A DNA stretch of 64,000 nt from Blastocatellia bacterium (GCA_044224215.1 JBGAKX010000007.1:2020-66019); one strand, 5' to 3'; positions 49,035 through 58,288 are shown, counted from the first letter of the stretch. The notes: generated by a model from the letters alone, not told the origin. A program made the numbers and translations.

Positions 49035-50266
49035 ATCGCATGCCTGCCCCAAACTCCGGACTGGCACCGATCGTGTCGGGCCGGCTCCGCCTCGCCCCGA
49101 TCGAGGGTGCGATCGTTCTCGTTGCACTGCTGGCTGTTGCTGCGGCCGGCGGTTCAAAGCCCGTTCTCGTCGCCGCCGTTGCCTCGGTCGCCGGAACGAT
49201 GCTCGTCGTGCGTTCCCGTGCAGGGCGACCAGGATCGCCTCCATCCACCGTGGTCGAGCGAATCAGCACGTGCGCGCTCGGACCCGGCGCGGCGATCCAT
49301 GTCGTCGCGTGCGACGGTCAGCGATTGCTCGTTGGAGTCACGGGCGCGTCCATCGTCGTCATTCGGGAGCTGCCGGCCACACCCGGGCCCTCCACGGAGC
49401 CTGAATTCACGACCGCCAGATCGACGTCACGCACGGTGATGTCGGCGCTCATTCTCGGTGCGCTCCTGCTTGCGCCGTGCGCGACGATTGCCGGTCAGCA
49501 GCACGAATCGTCGACGCAGCGTGTCGGCGAGACATCCGGAGAGAACGTACCGGCGGCCACTTCGTTCCCGTCGAGCACTTCCAGTCAATCCGTCGCCGCG
49601 TCGCAGCCACGTGCCGACATCGCGCCACCCGTAACCGGGATCGGCCCGCCGCCGTACGGCACGCTGGCGTTGCTCGCGGGTCTCGCGCTGCTCCCCTTTC
49701 TCTTGATGGCCGTCACGTCGTTCGCAAAGATCTCGATCGTGCTGTCGCTGCTCCGAAACGCGCTTGGAACGCCGCAGGTCCCGTCGGACCCCGTGCTCGC
49801 AGGCATCGCTCTGGCGCTCACGATATTCGTCATGGGGCCCGTTGCCTCTGAATCCATGCGCCGCGTTGGCTCCGTCGATACCGCGACGATCGGCGGCGTG
49901 CTCGACGCAGCAGGGCGCGCGGCAGAGCCGCTCATGGCGTTTCTCAAGCGCAACACGCGCGATGAAGAGATCGCGCTCTTTGTCGAACTCTCCACCGCGC
50001 ATGGGTCGCCGCATGCCGACGCAGGCTCGGGCACCGTGCTGATTCCCGCCTTCGTGACGACCGAGTTGCGACAGGCATTCGTGACGGGATTCGTCATCTA
50101 CCTTCCCTTCCTCGTCGTGGACATGGTCGTTGCGAACATCCTGATGTCGATGGGCATGGTGATGGTCTCGCCGGGCACGGTCGCCCTGCCGTTCAAACTG
50201 ATGCTCTTCGTGCTCATCGACGGATGGCCGCTTCTCCTGAAGGGCCTCGCGCTCAGCTACAACTGA
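49031..50266 (+). CDS. sctR: FliO-like domain fused in frame to export-apparatus protein SctR (FliP/YscR)
   Basis: The N-terminal ~135 aa carry a transmembrane helix plus LGPGAAIHVVACDGQRLLVGVTGASIVVIRELP, matching the E. coli FliO C-terminus LGQRERVVIVEVEDARLVLGVTAGQINLLHKLP. They are followed in frame by a FliP-type signal peptide (MSALILGALLLAPCATIAG) and FliP blocks (MAVTSFAKISIVLSLLRNALG; FVIYLPFLVVDMVVANILMSMGMVMVSP). Confidence 0.8.
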   Translation: MNRMPAPNSGLAPIVSGRLRLAPIEGAIVLVALLAVAAAGGSKPVLVAAVASVAGTMLVVRSRAGRPGSPPSTVVERISTCALGPGAAIHVVACDGQRLLVGVTGASIVVIRELPATPGPSTEPEFTTARSTSRTVMSALILGALLLAPCATIAGQQHESSTQRVGETSGENVPAATSFPSSTSSQSVAASQPRADIAPPVTGIGPPPYGTLALLAGLALLPFLLMAVTSFAKISIVLSLLRNALGTPQVPSDPVLAGIALALTIFVMGPVASESMRRVGSVDTATIGGVLDAAGRAAEPLMAFLKRNTRDEEIALFVELSTAHGSPHADAGSGTVLIPAFVTTELRQAFVTGFVIYLPFLVVDMVVANILMSMGMVMVSPGTVALPFKLMLFVLIDGWPLLLKGLALSYN

Positions 50267-50268
50267 CC

Positions 50269-50538
50269 GTGGAACATTCGATCCTTACACTGTGCCAGCA
50301 GGCACTCGTCGCAATACTTGCGATTTCGGCGCCCGTCACACTCGCCGCGCTCGCGGTGGGGCTCGCCGTGAGCGTGCTGCAGACTGCAACGCAGATCCAG
50401 GAACAGACGCTCGGCAATCTCGCAAAGCTCCTCGCCGTGTGTTTCGCGCTCGTGATCGCCGGTCCATGGATGCTGTCGCAACTCGTCCGCTTCGCGACCC
50501 TGATGTTCGAGCAGGTGCCGGCCGTCGGCGGCTGGTGA
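50269..50538 (+). CDS. sctS: export-apparatus protein SctS (FliQ/YscS)
   Basis: SILTLCQQALVAILAISAPVTLAALAVGLAVSVLQTATQIQEQTL is collinear with YscS DIIHFTSQALWLVLVLSMP...LTQIQEQTL. GTG start. Confidence 0.85.
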   Translation: MEHSILTLCQQALVAILAISAPVTLAALAVGLAVSVLQTATQIQEQTLGNLAKLLAVCFALVIAGPWMLSQLVRFATLMFEQVPAVGGW

Positions 50539-50547
50539 CGGACGACC

Positions 50548-51288
50548 GTGACCACGTGGCTCGCCATCTTTGCGCGTGTGGCGCCGATCGTCGCGCTCCA
50601 TCCGGTCTTTGGCGGCCGCTCGGTGCCCCGAAGCCTGGTGCCGGTCGTCGCCGCGGCGATCGCAAGCGCTATGTATGCCTCGCTCGGCGGCACGACATCG
50701 ATCCATCAGCCGCTTGCGACTATCGTCATTCAGTGCGCGATCGGGGTCTCGATTGGCGTGTCGGGTGTCGTCGTCGTCGGTGCAATCGAATCCGCCGCGC
50801 GGCTCGTCGACGAATCGCGCGGTGCGAACGCGGCGCAGTATTACGTGCCGCAACTGGAGACGTATTCGAGCCCGCTTGCGCAGCTCGACGCACTCGCATG
50901 CGTGGCCGTCTTCTGGGTGACCGGTCTTTACCGGCCGTTCATGCGAGCGCTCTTCGCTTCGTTTTCCGCGCTGCCCATCGACGCGGACACATTGACCACA
51001 CTCCATCGTGCGGACGCCATCGAATTGATTGCGCACATCGCAGCGTCGATTGTCACAGCGGCCGCGGGTCTTGCGGCCCCAGCAATGGCGACGAGCCTGA
51101 TCGTCGACGTGTCGCTCGGGCTGGTCAATCGCGCATCGCCGCAGGCGAACGTCTTCTTTCTGGGGCTGCCGGTAAAGCTCCTGGCCGTTGTCGCCGTGAT
51201 GGCCATCGGACTGCCCGAGCGTGCCGAGATATGGAGCGGGCTCTGGACCTCGGACCTGGAATGGCTTCGGCGAGTGTGGGGGTCATAA
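50548..51288 (+). CDS. sctT: export-apparatus protein SctT (FliR/YscT)
   Basis: About 246 aa, six transmembrane helices, FliR-family pattern. GTG start 9 nt after sctS. Confidence 0.8.
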   Translation: MTTWLAIFARVAPIVALHPVFGGRSVPRSLVPVVAAAIASAMYASLGGTTSIHQPLATIVIQCAIGVSIGVSGVVVVGAIESAARLVDESRGANAAQYYVPQLETYSSPLAQLDALACVAVFWVTGLYRPFMRALFASFSALPIDADTLTTLHRADAIELIAHIAASIVTAAAGLAAPAMATSLIVDVSLGLVNRASPQANVFFLGLPVKLLAVVAVMAIGLPERAEIWSGLWTSDLEWLRRVWGS

Positions 51289-51289
51289 C

Positions 51290-52090
51290 ATGCTCTCGAT
51301 CGTTGCGCTCAGGAACTTTGGAACCGGCGGCGCCGCAGTCGTGTGCCGGCCGGGACGCCGCGGCGAGGTAGTCCGGATCGGTGGCGGCGTGCGCGACCAG
51401 GTCCGGCTCGCCGGGTGCAGCACGTCGGCGGACCTGTTCTTCGACGGTCGCGTGTGGCGAATCCGGTTCGCCGACGGGGTCGTCCGGCGAATCGGCGACG
51501 GCGATGGAATCTCGCTCGACGAGTGGCACGTCACGCTGCTGATCGACGACGACCCGCCGCACTCAGCGGCGCAGTCCGACGTCGATGCGGCGTGGTTCGA
51601 ATCCGACACGCAGGCGCCATGTCCGATCACAGCCGGAGCCCCCGCACTGATCGGGACGGCAAGGTGGTGCTCCATCCGACTCCCGGAAGCAGAGTTCCCG
51701 ACCATCGGCATCGTCCGGCGGAACCGCAGTCACGAGACGCGGCTTCACACGATCCCCGGCATTGCCATCCTCGTCAACGGTCAGACGGTCCGCGATTCGA
51801 TCCGGCTTGCCGACGGGGCGGTGCTCGAGGTCTGGTCGGCCGCGCAGCGCCGGCCGATTCGGTACCGAGATCCATGCGAAGAGATCGACCGGATCCTCGG
51901 AACGATCGCTCAACCCGCGACGCCAGACTCGCCCGACCCGGGTCGCGTCGAGACCTCGATCGCGGGAAGGCTCCGCGAACTCGTCGGCACGAATCCGCGT
52001 GCCATGCTGCGACCCGACGAGGCGGTACTCGTCGCCATCGTCGTGTCAGCAGTCGTGGGGTTCGCGGTGCTCGTGGCCGCGCAGTGGTGA
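51290..52090 (+). CDS. tandem FHA-like domain protein with a C-terminal transmembrane anchor (SctD-like cytoplasmic module?)
   Basis: The second domain, IGTARWCSIRLPEAEFPTIGIVRRNRSHETRLHTIPGIAILVNGQTVRDSIRLADGAVLEV, fits the FHA pattern; the first domain is degenerate. A C-terminal transmembrane segment (AVLVAIVVSAVVGFAVLVAA) ends the protein. It occupies the position where sctU/flhB is expected. Confidence 0.55.
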   Translation: MLSIVALRNFGTGGAAVVCRPGRRGEVVRIGGGVRDQVRLAGCSTSADLFFDGRVWRIRFADGVVRRIGDGDGISLDEWHVTLLIDDDPPHSAAQSDVDAAWFESDTQAPCPITAGAPALIGTARWCSIRLPEAEFPTIGIVRRNRSHETRLHTIPGIAILVNGQTVRDSIRLADGAVLEVWSAAQRRPIRYRDPCEEIDRILGTIAQPATPDSPDPGRVETSIAGRLRELVGTNPRAMLRPDEAVLVAIVVSAVVGFAVLVAAQW

Positions 52091-52102
52091 CGACCGACGC
52101 CG

Positions 52103-52672
52103 TCAGCGGACGCGCTTGACGAACTCGCCAGTCGTCGTGTCGACAAGGATCCGCTCACCGTTATCGAGGTAGAGCGGTACGCGAACCGTTGCGCCCGTCG
52201 AGATCTTTGCGTCCTTCATGACCTTGCCGGCGGCCGTGTCACCGCGAGCCGCGCTTTCGACCTCGACGACGTCGAACTCCACAAACTGCGGAAGCTCGAC
52301 ACTCACGACATCCCCGTTGTACACGAGCGACTTGACGATCGTGTTCTCGACGAGAAACCCTACCTGGTCGCCGAGCGATTCCGCCGAGAGTGCGAACTGT
52401 TCGAACGACTCCTGGTCGAGAAAGTTGTACTCGCCTGCGGCCTCGTACAGGTACTGCGCCTCGCGCTGCTCGACGTCCGGCTCGTCGAACTTGTCACCGG
52501 ACTTGAACGTCTTGTCGAGCACAGCGCCGGTGAGGATGTTGCGGACCTTCGTCCGAACAAGCGTGGCCGCGCCGCGCGCGGACGGGCTCTGAACCGAGTA
52601 GTCGACGACCGTGAACGGCTGTCCGTCGACGAGAATCTGACAACCCCGCTTGAAATCGCCTGTGCTGATCAT
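52103..52672 (-). CDS. efp: elongation factor P
   Basis: MISTGDFKRGCQILVDGQPFTVVD...TKVRNILTG is the EF-P hallmark N-terminus, with the three-domain layout. Confidence 0.92.
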   Translation of the reverse strand: MISTGDFKRGCQILVDGQPFTVVDYSVQSPSARGAATLVRTKVRNILTGAVLDKTFKSGDKFDEPDVEQREAQYLYEAAGEYNFLDQESFEQFALSAESLGDQVGFLVENTIVKSLVYNGDVVSVELPQFVEFDVVEVESAARGDTAAGKVMKDAKISTGATVRVPLYLDNGERILVDTTTGEFVKRVR

Positions 52673-52682
52673 TCGTTCCGTC

Positions 52683-53024
52683 TCAATACCTGGGAATTCG
52701 CGAGTCAACCTCGGTCGACCACCGGTCGATTCCACCGGTCATGTTGCTCACGCGCTCGAATCCGTTGTGCACGAGGAAGTCGCACGCCGCGGCGCTGCGA
52801 ATCCCGTGGTGGCACATGACGACGATGTCATCGCCGCGGTCGAGCGATTCGAGGCGCGCAGCGAGGGAGCCAAGCGGAATCAGCTCGGCTCCCTCGACAC
52901 TCGCCATCTCGTGCTCGAGCGGCTCGCGCACGTCGAGAAGTCTAAGCGACGCGCCTGCGGCCATCCGCTCGCTGACCTCGCGCGGGCTCACGCTTCCAAA
53001 CCGGCGTTGGCTCGCCACGCTCAC
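52683..53024 (-). CDS. rhodanese-domain sulfurtransferase
   Basis: LLDVREPLEH with the catalytic CHHGIRS loop. Confidence 0.8.
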   Translation of the reverse strand: MSVASQRRFGSVSPREVSERMAAGASLRLLDVREPLEHEMASVEGAELIPLGSLAARLESLDRGDDIVVMCHHGIRSAAACDFLVHNGFERVSNMTGGIDRWSTEVDSRIPRY

Positions 53025-54046
53025 TTGTTCGGAGCCTTGGCCGCTTTGATCATCGCGTCGAGGCCGTTCAGGTTGTTGTGCCGCTGCTTGTACTTTGCCT
53101 CGAGCGCCGGTTTGGCCTGGGCGAGGATCGCCTGGTACTGCGGATTCGTGCTGCCGTCGGCCAGCGCCACCGCTTTGGCCAGCAGCCTGATCACTTCGTC
53201 CATCTGGGCGTTCGCCGCTTCCATCATCTTGACGGCGTCGGGTGCCTTCTTGTCGGGCGCGTCGTTGAATTTCTTTGCAAGCGCGTCGTACTTGCCCTCT
53301 TCCACATTCGCCAGAAGCATGTAGTTGAACGGGTCGGCGGCATTGACGGCGATCGCCTTCTGGAAGTTGGCGCCGGCCATGGCGTCGTCACCGGTCACCA
53401 GTCCGATGATTCCGTACGACTGATATGCAACGGGCTCGTTTGTGGCCTTCCAGGCTTTCCACTCGGCATCATCCTTGAAGCCGCTCGGCAGCGCGGTTCC
53501 TTCAAAGACTGCGATTGCCTTTGCGCCGTGGGCCTTCCCCGACGCCACAAGGCTCCCGTCCTGCTTCTTGAGCGCGTCGATCGCAACCGACAGTCCGAGG
53601 AAGTTGGCGCGCACGTCGTCCGGATGCTTTACGAGATAGGCATCGATGATGCCGTTGATCTTGGCGAAATCGGACTTTTCGAGCCAGTACGAGATCATCG
53701 AGTAGTCGAGATCGAGGCCAAGCGCGCTCGCCGGGAACGTCTGCTTGAACGCCTCGATGTTCGCAAGACGCTTGTCGTCCTTGGGCGTGTCGATGATCTT
53801 GTTGAAGACAGCAATCTCGACCTGCGGAAGCGCGGCGCTCTTCGGATACTTCGCAATGAACGCCTTGGCCGCGGTCAGGGCCTCCTCGGGCGTGAGCGCC
53901 TTTTCGATCGGCTCGTAGGCCTTTGCCTCCTCGGGTGGCACATTGATCGTGTCCTTCTGGTCGGGTTTGGCCTGATAAGCGAACGCGGTGGTCGCTACGA
54001 GGGCAACAACCGCGAAAATTCCCACAATGCCGATCGTTCGTTTCAC
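53021..54046 (-). CDS. Lys/Ala-rich secreted alpha-helical protein, hypothetical
   Basis: Signal peptide MKRTIGIVGIFAVVALVATTAFA. The mature protein is helical and K/A/D-rich, with no recognised domain. Confidence 0.5.
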   Translation of the reverse strand: MKRTIGIVGIFAVVALVATTAFAYQAKPDQKDTINVPPEEAKAYEPIEKALTPEEALTAAKAFIAKYPKSAALPQVEIAVFNKIIDTPKDDKRLANIEAFKQTFPASALGLDLDYSMISYWLEKSDFAKINGIIDAYLVKHPDDVRANFLGLSVAIDALKKQDGSLVASGKAHGAKAIAVFEGTALPSGFKDDAEWKAWKATNEPVAYQSYGIIGLVTGDDAMAGANFQKAIAVNAADPFNYMLLANVEEGKYDALAKKFNDAPDKKAPDAVKMMEAANAQMDEVIRLLAKAVALADGSTNPQYQAILAQAKPALEAKYKQRHNNLNGLDAMIKAAKAPNK

Positions 54047-54112
54047 TGTGTTTCTCCTTCTCGACGAAATCCGATTCCTGTCCTGAATTCTGTGTACTGC
54101 TCCGCTGGCAGG

Positions 54113-54424
54113 CTAGTCATCCGCGTCGGTCGCGTCATTGCGCTGGCTTGCCTCGAGCCTCGCATTCTCGAGCTCGATCTGCGCCGAAGCGGCTTCGGCA
54201 AAACGGTGCATGTCGTCGTGGACAACTTCGAGCGACCGCTTGGCCTCGAGGTATCGCGCCCATGCCGGATCCTGCTGAAGCGGTCGTGCGGCCTCCTCGC
54301 CGAGCATCTGCGCCATTCGGGCGATCAGGTCGCTCGAAGCCGTCAGCGTCTCGACGAGCGTCGTGATGATTCGGTACGCGGTCCTGAGATCGACGCGGGA
54401 AGGCGTCGGGAGTGAGTCGCTCAT
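54113..54424 (-). CDS. small helical hypothetical protein (103 aa)
   Basis: Clean ORF whose stop overlaps the upstream ygfZ-like gene. Confidence 0.4.
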   Translation of the reverse strand: MSDSLPTPSRVDLRTAYRIITTLVETLTASSDLIARMAQMLGEEAARPLQQDPAWARYLEAKRSLEVVHDDMHRFAEAASAQIELENARLEASQRNDATDADD

Positions 54425-55515
54425 GGTGCATCCTCTGTTGCAGGCGCGCCAACACGCTCGACAACCGTTGCCTTGAATTCCCGATCGTCGCGCCGGATAC
54501 GGACCGACGTGCCGGGCTGATAGAACCTGCGCTTGATCATTGCGAACACGATCAGGCCGCGCGTCGGGCTGACCGCCACGCTCGTGATGCGCCCGGCGGA
54601 TTTCTCGCCGTCCTCGGCGAGAACCTCGTCGCCCGCGACCGGAACGCAGTCGCCCCGGACGATCAGCCGGCGCAGCAACTTGCTCGGCTGGCCCTGGAAA
54701 TGAATCCGCGCGACGATCTCCTGGCCAAGGTAGCATCCCTTGTTGAAGCTCACGATGTCGGACTCGTCGATCTCCTGCAGCACCGTGTCGGCGTCAAAGT
54801 CCTTCAAATACGCCGGAATGCCGGCCTCGATCCGAAGCACTTCGAGCGCGCCGTCTCCAATGACGACTGGGGGTTCCGGTTGTTTGGCACACACGCGTTC
54901 CACAAGGTCACGGACCGCATCCGCGGGGCCGACGACGTCGTATCCGCCAGCGAGGGACCTCGGCGAGCGCATGATGCGCAACATCACGCCTTCGAATGTC
55001 GTCACGCCACACCACAGCGTGGAATCCGCGCCCGGTTCCGTCCCGAGCACTTCGCCGAGCACCGCACCCGCGAGCGGACCCTGCAATGTGACGGCAGCAG
55101 CATCCGCAATCCGTTCGAATTGGAAGTCGCCCGCGCGGCGGTACTTTGAAAGAAACGTCTCGACCCACAACGTTGCCGCGGGAGGCGTCTGCAGAACGAG
55201 CACGCCGTCGCACGAGAACACCGTCGCCACCGCTTCGAATCGCCCGTGCACGTTGAGAAACGCGACACGGCATCCCGCGCCAGGCGCGAGGCCGACCACG
55301 TCGTTCGTGACGAGGCCCTGAAGGAACTTTGCTCCGTCACGGCCTCCGAGGGTGAAGTGGCCCCAATCCGAGATGTCCGCGAGCACGACACCCGTCGATG
55401 CCGCCAGAACGTCGTCGCCGACATCGCGCGTGCCAACGGCGGTCGCCGCCTCGGATTTCGAAGCGTCGCGGCCGTGCGCGGCAAAAAGTTCGACTAACGG
55501 GCTGACAAGCGACAT
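54421..55515 (-). CDS. folate-binding YgfZ/GcvT-like protein
   Basis: GcvT-like fold with the C-terminal KGCYLGQEIVARIHF motif typical of YgfZ. Confidence 0.75.
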   Translation of the reverse strand: MSLVSPLVELFAAHGRDASKSEAATAVGTRDVGDDVLAASTGVVLADISDWGHFTLGGRDGAKFLQGLVTNDVVGLAPGAGCRVAFLNVHGRFEAVATVFSCDGVLVLQTPPAATLWVETFLSKYRRAGDFQFERIADAAAVTLQGPLAGAVLGEVLGTEPGADSTLWCGVTTFEGVMLRIMRSPRSLAGGYDVVGPADAVRDLVERVCAKQPEPPVVIGDGALEVLRIEAGIPAYLKDFDADTVLQEIDESDIVSFNKGCYLGQEIVARIHFQGQPSKLLRRLIVRGDCVPVAGDEVLAEDGEKSAGRITSVAVSPTRGLIVFAMIKRRFYQPGTSVRIRRDDREFKATVVERVGAPATEDAP

Positions 55516-55603
55516 GGGTGCACCATTCGTATCAATCACGAATCGTGCAGTTTACCCCAGCGCCGCAGACCCGAACAAGCGCGGCCACAAAGCCGGCCGC
55601 GTG

Positions 55604-56026
55604 CTAGACGGGCAGGGCGCACACGGACGCAAGCGTGGATCGAACGTATGTGAGCGGCACCTGAAACGTCGGCAGCCTGAGCGACTCGGATGTCGGCCCG
55701 TCGGACACCAGCCGGGCTTCCGACACCCCGTACCGCTCGAGATACGTCGCGCCAAGCTGGCTGATCGCGTCGAAGATCGTGAGTCCGCGCGTCCACGACG
55801 ATGCCTCGAGCATGGAACGGACTTCGTCGGGAAAGACGACGCGAACGAGCGCCTTGACGGGCGACCCGTCCGAACTCGTGACCGTGATGTCGTAGTCCAC
55901 GAGAACGGTCCCGGACAGCATGACATTGCGAGCCTTGACGGAATTGACGTCGCCTGGCTTGGAATCGCACTCGAGGCCGACAAGAGTCGCCTCTGCTCCG
56001 AACGCCTCTGCTCGCTTTGATGCCAT
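55604..56026 (-). CDS. hypothetical protein
   Basis: Starts MASKRAEAFGAE with a GGAGGA ribosome-binding site 7 nt upstream. No known domain. Confidence 0.4.
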   Translation of the reverse strand: MASKRAEAFGAEATLVGLECDSKPGDVNSVKARNVMLSGTVLVDYDITVTSSDGSPVKALVRVVFPDEVRSMLEASSWTRGLTIFDAISQLGATYLERYGVSEARLVSDGPTSESLRLPTFQVPLTYVRSTLASVCALPV

Positions 56027-56360
56027 CGCCGCTTCCTCCATGTGCCGGACCGCTCTGTGCAGTAGCAGCGATGGAGGCTCGAGCCCGGTCATCGCCGCTA
56101 CCTGGCGGTCGGTCAATAAACCCTCTGGTTCGCCCAGAACGTGCTCGTTCGGTCGAGATTTCGCTGGACCAAAGGCGAAACCCTACCGCAGCCTATCTTA
56201 CACATGGCACAACAGCTTGCCAACTGCGAAATGAAACGGCCCCGACCGCTGCGCCGGGCACCGCGCCGGAATTTTGAACATCGTGCAATTTGGCATCGAT
56301 CCGGTTACTATCGTGCCGTCCCAACCAATCCCGGTCCCTATCTGCGAGTGCGAGGTGCGT

Positions 56361-58232
56361 ATGCAACGTGGCATTTTTTCCTTTGTGGCCGCCATTTTTG
56401 CGGTGCTTGTGTGGTCATCGGTAGCGTCGGCGGCAACCTACTATGTGGCGCCGGCACCGGCGGGGAACGACATGAACGCGGGGTCTGAGGCGGCCCCGTT
56501 TTTGACGATTCAGAAGGCGGCGAGCGTCGTGGTCGCAGGTGACGAGATTGTTGTGACACCCGGAACGTATGCTGGAGCGAAGTTCACGACCTCCGGTACC
56601 CCGGCGAGCCCGATCCTGGTTCACGGAATGGAAGGCGCCATTGTCGCGTCTCCTGGCGCTCTCAACACGGGCGGCGACAACCTGTGGGTGCGAGGCGCAA
56701 GCTACGTCACAATCGACGGCTTCGAGGTCAAGAACGCGCCGAGGGCCGGTATCGCGATCGAAGGCGACCCGGGCGACGGGCTCATCTTTGGCAATGTCGT
56801 AACGAACAACTTCTCGCACAACAACTCCGCGTGGGGAATCTTTGCCGTCAATGCCGTCGGCGTTCGCATCGAAGGCAACGTGACGACGTTTTCGGTCAAC
56901 GAGAGCGGAATCCAGGTCCTGAACTGCCCGGTCGGCCCGCAGGTCGTGGGCAACACGTCGCACGACAACGAAAACTCCGGCATCGAGTTCCTCGCAGACC
57001 CTGTCGTGCTCCCGAACGTTGCGGTGTTCACGAACGCGCTCGTGGATTCGAACACGCTGTACGAGAACGGCGCGTCGGGAGCGGCGGCGCTGTTCCTCGG
57101 CTCGTCGCAGTTCGCACTCGTGTCCAACAACCTGCTGTACGACAACCACGGCGCAGGAATCCAGGCGGTCAACACCATCGGAGATCCCGACGGCGCATCG
57201 ATCGGCAACCGGTTCTTCAACAACACAATCGTTCAGGCCGTCGACGGTGGCTATCCGATCAGCTTTGACGACGCTGCGCTCAACAACTCTGTCAACAACA
57301 ACATCCTGATGCACAGGGGCGCGCTTGGCTCGTTGGAATTTGTAGACGCCGCAAGCGAGCAGGGCCTCGTGTCCGACTACAACATCATCTTTGGGCTCAT
57401 CTCGGTTGACGGGACGCTCTATGACCTGACGCAGTGGCGCGCCCGCGGACATGACGCTTCGTCGTTTTCGGCTGCCGCATCGGACGTGTTCGTGAACCAG
57501 GCGTCCAACTTCGCTCTCAAGCCGGACAGTCCCGCGATCGATCGCGGCCGACCAGTCACCGGCGTGCTGCTCGACATCATCGGCACGGTTCGACCACAGG
57601 GCTCGAGCTACGACATCGGCGCCTACGAGTACTTTGTGCCGGCGCCCGAGAACAACCCGCCGGTTGCAAACGCCGGAAACGACCAGACGGTGGCCATTGG
57701 CGCGAACGTCGCGCTCAACGGCACCGGGAGCACCGATCCAGACGGCGATACGCTGAGTTATGCGTGGACCCAGATCGAGGGACCGGTCGTGACGCTTGCA
57801 GGCGCGGCGACGGCGATCGCCTCGTTCACGGCCCCGTCCGTCGAGGCGACGACCGACTTCGCGTTCCGTCTGACGGTGAGCGACGGCAACGGCGGATCGT
57901 CGACCGACATGGTCACGGTCACCGTGGAAGCGCCCCCGATTCCCGTGATCACGATCCTGTCGCCTGTCGGCGGCGAGTCGTGGAAGACCAAGACCAAGAA
58001 GCAGATCCGCTGGTTCCCCGACGCCGGCGTGACTGGCAATGCGCGGATCGAGGTGTCGCGCGACGGAGGCGCGACGTTCGAGACGATCATCGACTCGGTC
58101 GATGTCGTGAAGGGCAAGAAGAAGTGGACCGTGAAGGGCCCGACGACGTCGACAGCCAAGATCCGTGTCGTGCTGATCTCGGATCCACGCGTGCAGGGAA
58201 CGACACCCGGCACGTTCACGATCCGCAAGTAG
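56361..58232 (+). CDS. secreted right-handed parallel beta-helix repeat protein (pectate-lyase / NosD-like) with a C-terminal Ig-like domain
   Basis: Signal peptide, then repeated NNxxxxN / GIxxxN beta-helix turns and the PKD-like DPDGDTLSYAWTQ block. Confidence 0.75.
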   Translation: MQRGIFSFVAAIFAVLVWSSVASAATYYVAPAPAGNDMNAGSEAAPFLTIQKAASVVVAGDEIVVTPGTYAGAKFTTSGTPASPILVHGMEGAIVASPGALNTGGDNLWVRGASYVTIDGFEVKNAPRAGIAIEGDPGDGLIFGNVVTNNFSHNNSAWGIFAVNAVGVRIEGNVTTFSVNESGIQVLNCPVGPQVVGNTSHDNENSGIEFLADPVVLPNVAVFTNALVDSNTLYENGASGAAALFLGSSQFALVSNNLLYDNHGAGIQAVNTIGDPDGASIGNRFFNNTIVQAVDGGYPISFDDAALNNSVNNNILMHRGALGSLEFVDAASEQGLVSDYNIIFGLISVDGTLYDLTQWRARGHDASSFSAAASDVFVNQASNFALKPDSPAIDRGRPVTGVLLDIIGTVRPQGSSYDIGAYEYFVPAPENNPPVANAGNDQTVAIGANVALNGTGSTDPDGDTLSYAWTQIEGPVVTLAGAATAIASFTAPSVEATTDFAFRLTVSDGNGGSSTDMVTVTVEAPPIPVITILSPVGGESWKTKTKKQIRWFPDAGVTGNARIEVSRDGGATFETIIDSVDVVKGKKKWTVKGPTTSTAKIRVVLISDPRVQGTTPGTFTIRK

Positions 58233-58288
58233 CGCGGGCGCCATCGCCCTGGATTCGGCCGGCGGGACGCGTTCTCGCCGGCCGTTTG

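Noticed and set aside
41999-52090. Reading the cluster as an ordinary flagellar fliE-fliR export operon
   Set aside because: The ring protein is a ~250-aa SctJ-type lipoprotein with a single C-terminal transmembrane segment, not a ~550-aa FliF. No fliG, rod, hook, motor or flagellin genes are present. The gene order matches yscI-L and yscN-T exactly. Flagellar affinities (FliO, sigma-28-like sigma) are noted but are not enough to call it flagellar.
56415-58244. 609-aa minus-strand ORF antisense to the β-helix protein
   Set aside because: Antisense artefact. The sense frame has a signal peptide and β-helix repeats.
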